NCBI GenBank assembly: GCA_030167865.1
Contig: JALAGF010005289.1
Coordinates: forward strand, 1-47,991
Length of the DNA stretch: 47,991 nucleotides
Source of the DNA: Craspedostauros australis
Lineage: Eukaryota
Direction: 5' to 3'
Positions 30,954 to 41,907 of this stretch are shown here, in pieces; position 1 is the stretch's first letter, and every line of letters starts with the position of its first letter. The position numbers were made by a program, and so were the translations under genes. The notes beneath the pieces are model-generated. The model had not been told where the DNA came from. It saw only the letters and a program-made list of their open reading frames with translations, and searched no databases.

Positions 30954-33099
30954 GGTGAAGAGCCTTCTGTATTCGTAGCCTTCCGTTCGTCTGCGCTTTT
31001 GCTCTTTTGTGTCTTTGCTTGTGACCTTGCTAGTGAGGTCTCTGTTGAGCTGGGTGGCTGGCGAGGCGACTGATTGGTTGAATGGTTAGATGGGTGGCTT
31101 GCTTTGTGGCTTTGCCTGTGTGCTTGTCAAGCCAGAACACGAATGATAGCTGAGCAGCTGTCGCAAATGTGGGGCCAGAGAGATGAAGGCGGAGGGTTGG
31201 TGCTTCCCTGATGTTCGTGTGTGGTAGAGTAGTCGTATAATACGAATGTGGATGTGTGTGTGTGCGGTAGGGTACGAGCCAGGATGGATGTGACCGTTGC
31301 CTTGTTTCTCAAGAGTGCAATGCTGGCGTTGTTGATGTGCTTCGATGTAGCAACGGCAATATCAATAGTAGTACCAATGGCAGTGGCTGTTGATGGTCCA
31401 CGAGTATGGTTCGTTGTGTATAATACGTTCCACAACCACAGATGAAGAAGACTCTCTCTTGAGCAATTCAAATTGTGTGTGTTGGTGGCTTTTGGCCGTT
31501 GATGGCGTTTGATCCAGGACCGCTTTTTGCTTGCCTCCTCGTTCACCTGTTTGTTTTCTCTGCAGGCACTCCGTGCTTGCTACTGTGGATACTGTCGATA
31601 CTGCCGGCGATTCCTCTGCTGTTTTGGTTGTGATTGTTGTGGATGTGACGGATTCACTTTCTCACTGCGGATAAGCTCAGATAAGCTAAGATATGATACG
31701 ATCGGTATCGTCTCAGTCTCTTCTATGATCTGCTATGCTTTTCGTTGATTTGCTCAACTGCTGTGCTGCAGCTCTTTGCACTCTCTTGTGCTTCTTCTCG
31801 TCTTCGCTGTTGTGACAACTGGCGGATCGATCGTTGGACACGACCCCACGAAATGCGATTCCCACGTGATTCTGGTGGATGACGATGGCAAAGCAAAGCA
31901 ACCAAGAAGCGCGCGATTTCTGTCGTGATTGCTCTGCTTGTCGGACGCGCGTGGACGATTATTTTGCCTCGTCTCGTGCGCGCAATTGTATCTTCGTTCT
32001 CGGAAACCGGCGTGTCAGACAGGAACAATGGCTTGGCGACCCGAAGCGAATTCCTCAATGAAGAACAGATGAAGGGATGGGGCGGGACGGGATGGACGCA
32101 AATGGATGCGGCAGAGCGGGTGGATGGGTGGATGAGTGCTTCAAACTCCTCTCTTTCTCTCTCTCTCTCTCGTTCTGTCTTCTGTCTTCTTTCTTGTGTG
32201 CAAAGAAAGCCAATGCGGCGCAATGCAATTCAGTTGGACGCAATGAATGGGATGACTTGATGTGCGCAGTTCTGTGTGGTTAGTGGCTTTGTCGTGCGCG
32301 CTGCAGTGAGAATTCGTGCGGCGGTTGTGATTGTTCACGATGGATTCCGCTCTTTTTCGGCAGAGAGAGAATCAGTCCACAACACGACACAACGCGATGA
32401 AAATCACACGATCCGAAGAAGACAACGATGGCGGCATCGCCATGTTCTGCCCGACACCAAATTCTTTTCCACCCATTGTTTGTGTCATGTCCTCTGGTAA
32501 ACCGTTGAATTACCGTTATGGATCATGTCATCGTCATTGTCGGGAAAACACAACTTTTCGCCGTTCCGCGAGCGATTCGTAAATCGTCCAATCAAACTGC
32601 CTCATCGACATCTTGGTTCCCAACTTCGGAAAGCGGTTGAGTACCGCTCTGTATGGCTGTTGTGTATCGCGCGCGTGCAATTGGTCATCCTGCGTCATCA
32701 GCGACCCATTGGACAGAGACTGGGATGAATGGTATCTTTCGGATTGTGTCAAAGCGTGACACGTGGGTGTGACGCTGTTCGCACGTGCATGTCGCATAGT
32801 AGATTGGAAAACGAGTCTAGAATGGTTCGTCGTTGGAATGGAAAGACAGTTTGTCACGACAGCCCCGATTGCGTTCTTTTCCCCCCATCCATCCAGATCA
32901 GAGGCGGGAGAACGGCTCTCTCACTCTTCTCTGCTGACAGGAAGCGACGTTCATCACGTGTAGAGCACTATAATAATATGATACAAATATACGACGCTTG
33001 TTACTTGGCTAGCTTGGTTGCTGTGTTATGAATTCTATGTGATGTTGATATCATGAGAATGATATCGTGATCTTGCTTGTCTATAAACAATGGATCGCA

Positions 33100-35337
33100 T
33101 CAAATCTGAATGGATTCGATGGACAATGCGGTGGCCGTGGTGCAAGTGGTGTTGCTCTCCTTGGATGCCGTGGACGATGGCCTGTCGGGCGACATGGGGG
33201 CCTTGTCCTTGCGCTTGTTCTTCTTGCGGCTGTCATCCGTCTTGGAGGATCTAGATGCTCGCGACGAGGATGACTTGGATCGCGTCTTGGAGCTTGAGCG
33301 GGACTTTGACTTGGATCTGGAGCGAGAGTGCGATGATCCTGATCCTGATGAGGATGATTTGGAGCGGGAGTGCGATGATCCTGATGATTTGGAATTGGAC
33401 TTTGATTTGGATCTGGAACGGGAGTGCGACGATCCTGATGATGATTTGGAATTGGACTTTGATTTGGATCTGGAACGCGAGTGCGATGAGGAGCCCTTCT
33501 GCGCCTTCGATTCATCATCGTCGTCGCCACTCTTTTTGGATTTGTTCTTGCCTTTAACCTTGGCATTCTCCTTGTCATTCTCCTTATCGCAGTGTTTGTG
33601 TTTGTCTGTTTTCTTGTCGTCCTCGATTGAATGAACCTTGCGCTCACCGCGAGAGCCGTTGCGCTCGCTTCTGCTCTTTGACTTTTTGCGCTTGGCCTTT
33701 CTGAGGTCGGAGGTCTTCTCCGTGGCGATGCTGATGACAACCGTATCATCGGCATCCGGACCATCATCCTCGTCTAGCGTCGACTTAACCCTCGTGATGC
33801 GCCTTGGCTTGGTCCTCCTCTCCTTCTTCTTCTTCTTGTCCGCTTTCTTGTCGTTCTTGTTCTGCTCTTTCTCCTGCTGCTTCTGACGTTGCTCCAACTT
33901 CTTTTGCTGTTCCTTCTCGAGTCTGAGCTCCTCCTCTTCTTGCTCGCGCTGCAATCGCAATCGTTCCTCCTCCTCCTCCTCACGCTTGAGCTTCTCCTTT
34001 TCTTGCTGTTGTTTGATTCTGTTCTGTTCCTCTTCCTCCTCTTTCTGTTTCTGTCTCTGGCGTTGCAGCGCTTGTTCCTGTTCCAGGCGCTTCTGTTCCT
34101 CTTGCTGTCGCCGTTGCCTTTCCTTCTCCTGTTGTCTCTGTTGTTGTTGTTGCTGTTGTTGCTTCACATGTTGTTGCTTCACCTTCACCTGCTGCTGCTG
34201 CTTCAACTGCTTGCCAACCTTCTTGTCCATCTTATGCATCTGCAGAACCTCCTTGGCATCGTGCAACCCCCACTGCAACGCGATGCGTTTGGCTTCTTGC
34301 GTATACTGCGTGTAGACGTAGGACAGCAGCTCCATATCGTATCCCGACTCGAACTCCTCCCACTGCAGATCGATCTCGTAGAGCACGGCGTCCATGGCCG
34401 TATGGATGGACCGCTCCTGCAGCTGCGTGCCGACCTTCGTGAGCTTGTCGAGACCGCGGTAGCTGTCGTCGTCCGCCGCGCGTTTGCCGAGCTCGTAGCA
34501 ATCGACGAGTTTGTAGACGGAATTGCGCATGGCCTGGTACTCGTCGGGTCCGTACCAGCAGTCGTCCTGTTCCTGTTGCGTGAACTGGTGCAGGCCGAGG
34601 CCCAGCGAGAAGTGGACCGTCTTGTTGAAGCGTATCGCTCGTTTGCGGCGTTTGGGTGTCTGTTTGGCGGGTGTCGGCGATGGGTTGCTTTGCGTTGCAG
34701 CTTGCGCGAGCTGCTGGCGCTTGCGTTGCGGCGATACGGAGGAGTGAGGCGGATCGAAGCACAGGTCGGCCGGTTGCTTGATCTGTTCTCGTTCCGCGTC
34801 GGACAGCACCACGTGCTGCTGTTGTTGTTGTTGAGGCGTTCGAGGACTGCTGCTTCCGAGAGGCACGGCCGTGGGGACCTCGTGGAACGAGGACGACTGC
34901 GACGGCGACAGCAGGTGGAACGTGCCGAGCTTGTCGCGTTGGGCAGGACTCGAGGGAGGCGAAGCGCTCAAGGCAATCGCCGCTGCTGGTTGGATCGTCT
35001 TCTTCGCTTTGCTGGTGTAATGCGGCGAGGCGAAGCGATCGAACATGTTGCCGGAGGGGGGTTTGGGTGTGGACCCTCCTCCTTCTTCGTCTCCTTCTGC
35101 TGTTGCCGCTGCTGTTGCTGCCATGCCTGCCTCCTTGCTCTTCCTCGGCTTCGTCTTGCGCGCCTTCTTCATCGTTTTCTGATCCGTCGACGGAGACTGC
35201 GGGCGGTTGCTGCCATCCGCACCTGTTCCATTCATGCTTTCATTCAATGTTGAGTTCAATGTTGAGTTCGTGTTCGTGTTTGAATCCCTCTGGGCTGGCG
35301 CTGTCGCCGTCTGCATCGATGGCGCGCTGGATGCCAT
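33100..35337 (-). CDS. Low-complexity protein with RVxF-like motif module, Q/E coiled coil and S/R/K-rich tail (745 aa)
   Basis: ATG-TGA ORF. Central module RAIRFNKTVHF…CWYGPDEY..MR…YRGLD…AVLYE…Y…A…G..DA, then a Q/E/K-rich helix, then SRSRSKSKS repeats. Confidence 0.8.
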   Translation of the reverse strand: MASSAPSMQTATAPAQRDSNTNTNSTLNSTLNESMNGTGADGSNRPQSPSTDQKTMKKARKTKPRKSKEAGMAATAAATAEGDEEGGGSTPKPPSGNMFDRFASPHYTSKAKKTIQPAAAIALSASPPSSPAQRDKLGTFHLLSPSQSSSFHEVPTAVPLGSSSPRTPQQQQQQHVVLSDAEREQIKQPADLCFDPPHSSVSPQRKRQQLAQAATQSNPSPTPAKQTPKRRKRAIRFNKTVHFSLGLGLHQFTQQEQDDCWYGPDEYQAMRNSVYKLVDCYELGKRAADDDSYRGLDKLTKVGTQLQERSIHTAMDAVLYEIDLQWEEFESGYDMELLSYVYTQYTQEAKRIALQWGLHDAKEVLQMHKMDKKVGKQLKQQQQVKVKQQHVKQQQQQQQQRQQEKERQRRQQEEQKRLEQEQALQRQRQKQKEEEEEQNRIKQQQEKEKLKREEEEEERLRLQREQEEEELRLEKEQQKKLEQRQKQQEKEQNKNDKKADKKKKKERRTKPRRITRVKSTLDEDDGPDADDTVVISIATEKTSDLRKAKRKKSKSRSERNGSRGERKVHSIEDDKKTDKHKHCDKENDKENAKVKGKNKSKKSGDDDDESKAQKGSSSHSRSRSKSKSNSKSSSGSSHSRSRSKSKSNSKSSGSSHSRSKSSSSGSGSSHSRSRSKSKSRSSSKTRSKSSSSRASRSSKTDDSRKKNKRKDKAPMSPDRPSSTASKESNTTCTTATALSIESIQI
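33299..33490 (-). repeat. Coding minisatellite: four degenerate copies of SSHSRS(RSKSKSNSKSSG), core unit 54-57 bp
   Basis: gagtgcgatgatcctgatgatttggaattggactttgatttggatctggaacg occurs twice nearly identically, with two more degenerate copies. Confidence 0.85.
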
Positions 35338-36077
35338 TGGAGCGGACCTTGCCTGATGCTCCTCCTCTTGGGTATGGTTGTGACGGACCCGTTTCAGTGG
35401 GGTGTAGTGGAGTCAAGAGTGTGGAGCAACGTGATTGTTCTTGGTCCTGTTCTTGGTTGCTGTTGCTGTCGTCGTTCTTGCCTCAGTTTGCTGTCTGCAT
35501 CGATTTCGCTTCACCTCTCTCTTGGGCTTGTCACTCATTTTCGTTTTACTCGTACTTTTGATCCCAAATGAACAGTCACGACAATAAGTAACTTCTGTCA
35601 TGGAAGCTAATTTCTGTCGGATACTTGTCCGTTAACGGCATTCCCTCAACAATTATTGCGAATTTGGCATGTCGCTGTTCATTGTTGACAACAGCGCGGC
35701 ACAAACTTGGGTGGGGGCACTTGCGCTATCGCAGCGTGTTGGCGATGGGCATACCACCCACCAAGAACAACGAAGTGGCGGCGGCATCAATGTCATGCAA
35801 CACCGATGACCGGGTCCGTGACGGGCTTCATGGAGATGTTCGTTGGTTCGTTCGTTCCTTTCATTGCCCCATCTCACCACAACCAGTCAACACATTGCCA
35901 GTCAACACGTTGCGATGCCATCGCAATCACACTCGATCTTGCGATCCGCAACTTCGGCACCGGTTTTGCCATTGTTCATCTTTTCACAATCAGTCATGAA
36001 CATGTGCCATACGTAGACTTGTCAAAGTATTATATTGCCATCCTCTCTGTGCTTGTCACTACTATTGCTCTGCGGCT

Positions 36078-37718
36078 CTACCGACCGGGCATCTTGGGAC
36101 CTCCGCTCTGCTTGGACATGATGATCTGATCGACCTTGAGGATGGTCATGGCACCCTCGACGGCCAAGCGGAAGGCGGATTGCTTCGTCGCCAGGAGGTC
36201 GTAAATTCGCTTGTCCTTCATGCTGCAAATACCCTGCTTGTGGGTCACGTCGACTCCGGTGTCGCCGCTGCCCGTCACGTGAGCTGCGCGGAGGTTGGCC
36301 ACGACCTGCAGGGCGTCCCAGCCGGCGTTCTCCGCCAGCACCTTCGAGACGCACTCCAGGCTCTTGGCGAAGGCGCGGATGGCGTACTGCTCGAGGCCCG
36401 GGTGCTGGTCCGCGAATTTGTCGATCGCCACGGAACATGCCATCTCGGCGGCGCCGCCACCGTACACCAACCGACCGTCCTTGCAGACGCCCTGGACGGT
36501 GTGCACAGCATCCTCCACGGCGCGTTCCAAATCCTGCAGCACGGACGACGTGGATGCGCGAAGGACGAGGGTGGCGATCTTGCTCTCCTCCTGCTCGAAC
36601 ACCGTCACCGTTCTGCCTCCGACGATGCGCTCGGTCACTGTGGCGTATCCCATCTCATCGGGCGTCGGCGCACCTAATCGGACCAGGGCGGTGGCGCCCG
36701 TGGCCTGGCTCAGTCTTCGCAGCTGCCATTTGGAGGTGATCTTCAACGCGACGAGGTTGTACTTGTTGATGAAGTGCAGGGCCATGTCGCTGATGATGCC
36801 GCCCGTCACGATGACCTTGCATCCCGACTCGGCAATGCCCTGGACGATCTCGTCCATCTTCGCCTCCTCGGTCTTGTTGTAATTCTTGAGGTCGTCGGCG
36901 TTCTTCATGAGCACGGTTCCCTTGGCCTCCGTCGACGACGCCTCGATGGCGCATGCAAACACGCCGATCTTTGCCTTCTCCGCGACCGTCAGCGTGGACT
37001 CCACACCTCGCTCCGCGACGAAGCCGCTGACGCACTCGCTCTGGGACAGATGCCCGCCCAGGATCTTCACCGTCCGCACGGACTCCGGCTGCATCACCTT
37101 GCCCTCCTCCAGGACGATCTTGGTCGCCTGCGTGATGAGCTTGGCCAGCACGTCCTCCGTGCCGTACTGCTTGGAGCCCAGCACGGGTTTCAGCACCTTG
37201 TACAGGTCCTCGTCGTTCTCCAGCTTGGCCGGATGCGCGATGGAATCGCACACGAGCGAGGGCAGAACCTCGTTGAGCTTCTCGGAAGCCAGCTGGTATC
37301 CCTCGAGGATGTCCGTGGCGTGCTTCCAGCCTCCCATCGTCTTCATCAGCTCCAGGGTGTTCTTGAGCAGCTCCCCGGAAAACAGAAGGCACAGATTCGT
37401 GGCGTCGCCGCATTCCTTCTCCTGCTGCTGCACGGCCAGCTCCAGGAGCTTGGCGGCCGGGTGCTCCACCTGGACCTCCTTGAGGATGGAGGCGCAGTCC
37501 GATGTGACGATCATCTTCTCCAGATGATTCACGACGAGCTTGCATCGGCCCTGCGGACCCAGCGACGACGCCAGCATGCGCGACAGCTCCGTGGCGGCCG
37601 TGATGTTGCGGGCAACGACGGCGCCGCCCTCCGACTCGTCGAAGTAGTGCTCGTGCCCTTCCTTCAGCATGCCGCCCAGGCCGGCGGCCGCGTTGTATGC
37701 CATGGATGGTCGAGACAT
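36078..37718 (-). CDS. CCT8: T-complex protein 1 subunit theta (CCT/TRiC chaperonin)
   Basis: 546 aa. Theta-type motifs: 'MLKEG..H', 'RNI.A..EL…SSLGP.GR.KLVVNHLEK..VTSD…HPAAKL…QQ.E.GD.TN', 'SKQYG.ED', 'TEAKGTVL', 'LVRLGAPTPDEMG', 'TILKVDQIIMSKQSGGPK'. Confidence 0.96.
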   Translation of the reverse strand: MSRPSMAYNAAAGLGGMLKEGHEHYFDESEGGAVVARNITAATELSRMLASSLGPQGRCKLVVNHLEKMIVTSDCASILKEVQVEHPAAKLLELAVQQQEKECGDATNLCLLFSGELLKNTLELMKTMGGWKHATDILEGYQLASEKLNEVLPSLVCDSIAHPAKLENDEDLYKVLKPVLGSKQYGTEDVLAKLITQATKIVLEEGKVMQPESVRTVKILGGHLSQSECVSGFVAERGVESTLTVAEKAKIGVFACAIEASSTEAKGTVLMKNADDLKNYNKTEEAKMDEIVQGIAESGCKVIVTGGIISDMALHFINKYNLVALKITSKWQLRRLSQATGATALVRLGAPTPDEMGYATVTERIVGGRTVTVFEQEESKIATLVLRASTSSVLQDLERAVEDAVHTVQGVCKDGRLVYGGGAAEMACSVAIDKFADQHPGLEQYAIRAFAKSLECVSKVLAENAGWDALQVVANLRAAHVTGSGDTGVDVTHKQGICSMKDKRIYDLLATKQSAFRLAVEGAMTILKVDQIIMSKQSGGPKMPGR

Positions 37719-40557
37719 GATACTCGTGCTTGTGCGTGTACTAATATAGCGTATCTGTGTGGTTTGATCTGTCTGCCCTTCGGTTCCTTACGTTGATATT
37801 CCTGCTGCTGTGCCGTCGCTTGTTCAAGTCTCAGACTCTGTTTCCCTGGTACGCTTGGTTTACTTCAGTGGCACGGTCGTTGAGGATATTGCTCGAGATG
37901 CTGCTCAAGATGTTGAAACGGGTATTGTGTCATTGCTGGATCCTTCATTTCCTCACGAGCATGCGTGTTGTTGGGTGGTGGTGGTCTCCATTTTTCGAAT
38001 TTTGCTTCCATCGCTTTCGCTCGATTTGTGTCGCGTTGTTTCGTGATGGTTGCGATCTGGTGATGAACAGACGACGAAAGGCGAGTTGGTTCGTGATTGA
38101 GAATTCCTTGACGGACAAGTCCGGTCACACCAACCCGTCTTACGAACAAAACACGTTCGATAGACCTGTGTCGAAAGGACTACAATAGATCACACATATT
38201 TGTACTACTATCGGACACTCTAATATGATCGTATCCAGGAACGGATCTTTGACATGGGGACTTGATAAATGTGCGGTACTCGCGGAGCTATCACTATCGA
38301 GAATGATACGTGTACTCGAACATCACTTCCGCCGATGCAGTGCCAACCAAAGCGCAATGGAGAAGTACTATTGCTGTCGAACACTTTTTACCACGGAATG
38401 GAGCGCTTGTGTTGTGACACCACACTGGCAGAAACGGCAACGAGGATTGGTCGATGTGTTGAAGTATGGTTGCTCCTTCCTCAGAAGTAAAAACCGCGAA
38501 CAGTGCTCATGGGAGGTCCAATCGTTCTGCCGCCGCAACCTTCGCAACCTTCGCAACAGACGCCGTGGTGATAGCTTCGTCGCGCGGTTTTTGCTGATGA
38601 CTGTCGCCGATGGCTGCCTGAGGAGATGCACGCATTGCGTGGGACATCCAGAGCCGCACGCGGAAGCCTGCCATGTGTCATCATCATCCCAGAAATCGGA
38701 ACGCGGGTTGCTACCATGGACGAGGATGACAGCGATGGTGATGCTGTTGTGACGTGGTCCACCAACACCTTCGAATACTCTCCCCGCAGAACAAGGTCTT
38801 GGGAACCTTCTCTCTGCTTGTGCGTCCCCACTGTTTTGGTGTTCGTTTCTGGAAGAGGTGCCGATCCATACGCAAGGAGGAGGTGAGCGGTCATTGATGA
38901 CAAGAGAGGGACAAGTCGCCAGATCGGGGTTTGCGGGAGGGTTGAGGAAGGGTGACAAATCCGAACTTTCGGACCAGCTGACGATGTGGCTCTTAACTTC
39001 TTGTTCTATCTTTCGGATGTTGGACGAAAGGGCAATTTTCAAGCATTCGAACGATCTCAGAAAAGAGAAGGATCATGACACTCGTGCGTGCTCGCAGTCG
39101 TCGATAGGTACAGTGATGGGTGGCAATGGCCGACAGCGAGCGTCCGCAGCTGCATGTTTGATTGCAGCAGTGTAGTGACAGTGATTGTCACAGTGATTGT
39201 GATCATAATTGTGGTAGTGCTTCGGAAAAAGGCACGTGGTAAAGAAACGGCATCGCCTTGGCTTGGCATTCGGCCGAATTGATCTGCTGCCGCAACGTTA
39301 GGCGTCCATGGCGGTGGGAGCATTGATATGGATGGTGTCCTTCCACATCACTTCGTCTGCGCGCATTGATGCTAAGATGGGAATCGCTGGAAACTGGCTG
39401 AACAGCAACCGTGTACGCGCCATCTCGATGGGGCAGCAATGGGCGATGGCTGGCCTCCGGCGTCCCAAATATCTCTGGAGTGAGAGGTACAAGTATTCAC
39501 CCCCACCTCGGGGCTCAACCGCCGAACAGTTTCTTCGTCTGGTCGGAGTTTTCCGTGATGGCTCCAGACATTCTCTGCTCGTTTCGCCCGATGCGTATCT
39601 ATCGGTGGTCGAGGTACACATAACACCACACTCGTTTCGCAACATCCTGCTATCACTTTTTGGGCATGTTTCCAAAGCTGCTGCACGTGCGGCTCTATCA
39701 TTCACCTTGTGGGACGACTACGCGTTTGATACTTGTGCCACACTATCACAGCGTAGCATATCCTTGGCGCGATGCACGGGGTCGCGAGCCGGAATGGTCC
39801 CCATTGCTCTCGCTGTCTCAACACGAAAGACTGTCGTTGCTGTGGCAGAATCCGTGAGATAGCTGTAGTTCGCTGCGGTGATACCGTCCAAGCTTTGGCT
39901 GCCGCGGCCACCACCACCACCGCTGCCGCTGCTCCTGCTGTGTGCGTTCCTGTTGCTGTTGCTCTACGTTGTGCCAATGAAGCGGACCTGCTATCTCGAC
40001 TCCCACATACAATAACGAGGACATGGGATTATGGTAGAGTAGAGCGTTGCGCTGATGGCATTAAATGCGCTTAACCTGTATGGGGTGGCGCCAATGATCA
40101 TCTATCTGTCTGTTTCTTCCCTGACAACATGGCGTGCCTTGCCTCCCTGCTGATGGTCTTGGTCGAACCCTACGCGAAGATGCCTCCTCATGCGCCTCTT
40201 CCTCGGCATCGCTGCGACGGTGGTGGCTGCTGCTACTGCTATGTCTCTCCCACCCAACTACATGGGCACAAGTACAGGCTGCTGCCTGCAATCCAAGGCC
40301 TCTACGTTTTGAGTGTGGTGATGTAGCAAAAATGAATGTGGATGCTGTGCCTTAAGGCGGCAGAGTTACGCGATTTGTAGATGTGCGAATGCGCCGTTGT
40401 GCCATGTTGTGGACTCTGTTCGTGGCTGCCGGCCAGGTGCCCCACCCATCCAGTATGAATCGTCCATGAAATACTACGCTGCAGGACATTCTCTGCATTT
40501 TGTTTGTTTGTGCGTGCGTGTGTACGTACGTATGTATGTGCAGGGATTGGCTTTGTG

Positions 40558-41907
40558 CTACCTGTTGTGGAGATGGCCGTGACCGTGGATGTTCTGCCTC
40601 GTGGTCTTCATCATGGCCATCAGCTTCTTCCCACCCCGTTGTTGCTGGATCTTCACCCGCGCCTGATTCAGCTGCCGCGAGAACAGTTCACGGCGGACCT
40701 CCGGGTGCATGGTGGAAGCCTGCTTCCACAACATCCTGTAGGATGCGAGCTGGATCTTCTGATTCATTCGTCGGCGTTTGTGGAAGTCGGCCGTCTTGAC
40801 GTTGGGGAGAGGGAAGTTGTTGCCGCTGTCCAGACTGCGCTTGGTACCCAATTGCGGGATCCTGGATAGCATGAGCAAGTCCCCACCACCTGCGCCGATA
40901 TGCTGCTGCTGCCGTTGCTGTTGTTGTTTCTGTAGCAAGAGCTGCTGCTGCTGCTGGTAGCGATGCTGCTTCTCTGACTGGAGCTGCCATATGCCGGCTT
41001 CAAGGTTGCGCAAGTGGAGCGGGCTGATGAGACAGGTATCCCTGGGTATCTTGGCCGAAAGAGAGTTCGCTGCTGATGCAGAGGTGGCGGTCATGATGGG
41101 GCTGGAGATAGAGGTACCATCGGCGATCAATCGGTCGCCATGCTGCCGGGCCCTGGACAAGGGCGAACCCAGATCCAACAGGTTCATCGCGCCCGATGAC
41201 CTCATACCGTTGCCCTGCGTATTGCTGATGTTGCTGAGGCTGTTGGCGTTCATGGGATGTGCATTGGTGCCAATGCCGGCTGTGCCAGCAAAGCCCATGA
41301 GGTCGCGACCAGCGGTTGCCGTTATGATTGATGCAGATTTGTTGGAGAGCAGATGCTTGGGATGCTGCTGCCGTTGTTGTTGTTGTTGTTGCTGTTGTTG
41401 CTGCTGCTGAGCTTGGTATCCGGCTCGCAGTCGCAAGGTGGCAGCCTCCAGCCGGCCCAGCGCTGATGGAAGTCTGGCGTTGTTGCCGATTCCCATGCCC
41501 ATCCCGACGCCAGGACTGCCATTCAAGGCATTCTGTGGATGCAGATGCAGAGCACCGGCACCGTGCGACGCTGAAATCTGGCTCCTTCCTCTGGCACTGT
41601 CTCCGGTAGGAGAGAGGAGACCAAGTCCGTTGGTTCCCCCAACACCAGTTGCGACACCAAATGGGGTGGCGCTAGTGTTGACCGCGACCCCAGCAGATGT
41701 GCCGGGGGTTGTGCGTTGCTGACCGCTGCTACCTACCAAACCCTGGGCAGATATGAGCGCATGCATAACGCGCTGCTGCTGACGCCGATGCTCCAATATC
41801 TTGATCTCCTCAAGGATGGATTGCTGCTTGGCCACTGTCGCTGCTGCCTTTGCGGACGGGTCCGAGCGACCAGCGTTTGGATTGTTGAGGCTCATTGCTG
41901 CGGTCAT
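40558..41907 (-). CDS. Uncharacterised Q/G/S-rich protein with a short C-terminal conserved-looking motif
   Basis: 449-aa ATG-TAG ORF with polyQ tracts; C-terminal 'FPLP…KIQLASYRMLWK…RRELFSRQL'. Confidence 0.7.
   Translation of the reverse strand: MTAAMSLNNPNAGRSDPSAKAAATVAKQQSILEEIKILEHRRQQQRVMHALISAQGLVGSSGQQRTTPGTSAGVAVNTSATPFGVATGVGGTNGLGLLSPTGDSARGRSQISASHGAGALHLHPQNALNGSPGVGMGMGIGNNARLPSALGRLEAATLRLRAGYQAQQQQQQQQQQQQRQQHPKHLLSNKSASIITATAGRDLMGFAGTAGIGTNAHPMNANSLSNISNTQGNGMRSSGAMNLLDLGSPLSRARQHGDRLIADGTSISSPIMTATSASAANSLSAKIPRDTCLISPLHLRNLEAGIWQLQSEKQHRYQQQQQLLLQKQQQQRQQQHIGAGGGDLLMLSRIPQLGTKRSLDSGNNFPLPNVKTADFHKRRRMNQKIQLASYRMLWKQASTMHPEVRRELFSRQLNQARVKIQQQRGGKKLMAMMKTTRQNIHGHGHLHNR

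Noticed and set aside
33299..33490. K/S-rich repeats as a silaffin, or the DNA repeat as a CRISPR array
   Set aside because: The protein has no signal peptide; the repeats are in-frame, degenerate and have no unique spacers, in a eukaryotic context.
33110..35253. Long plus-strand ORFs (DLDLERECDD repeats; 454-aa Leu-rich)
   Set aside because: They are antisense shadows of the S/R/K- and Q/E-rich minus-strand gene.
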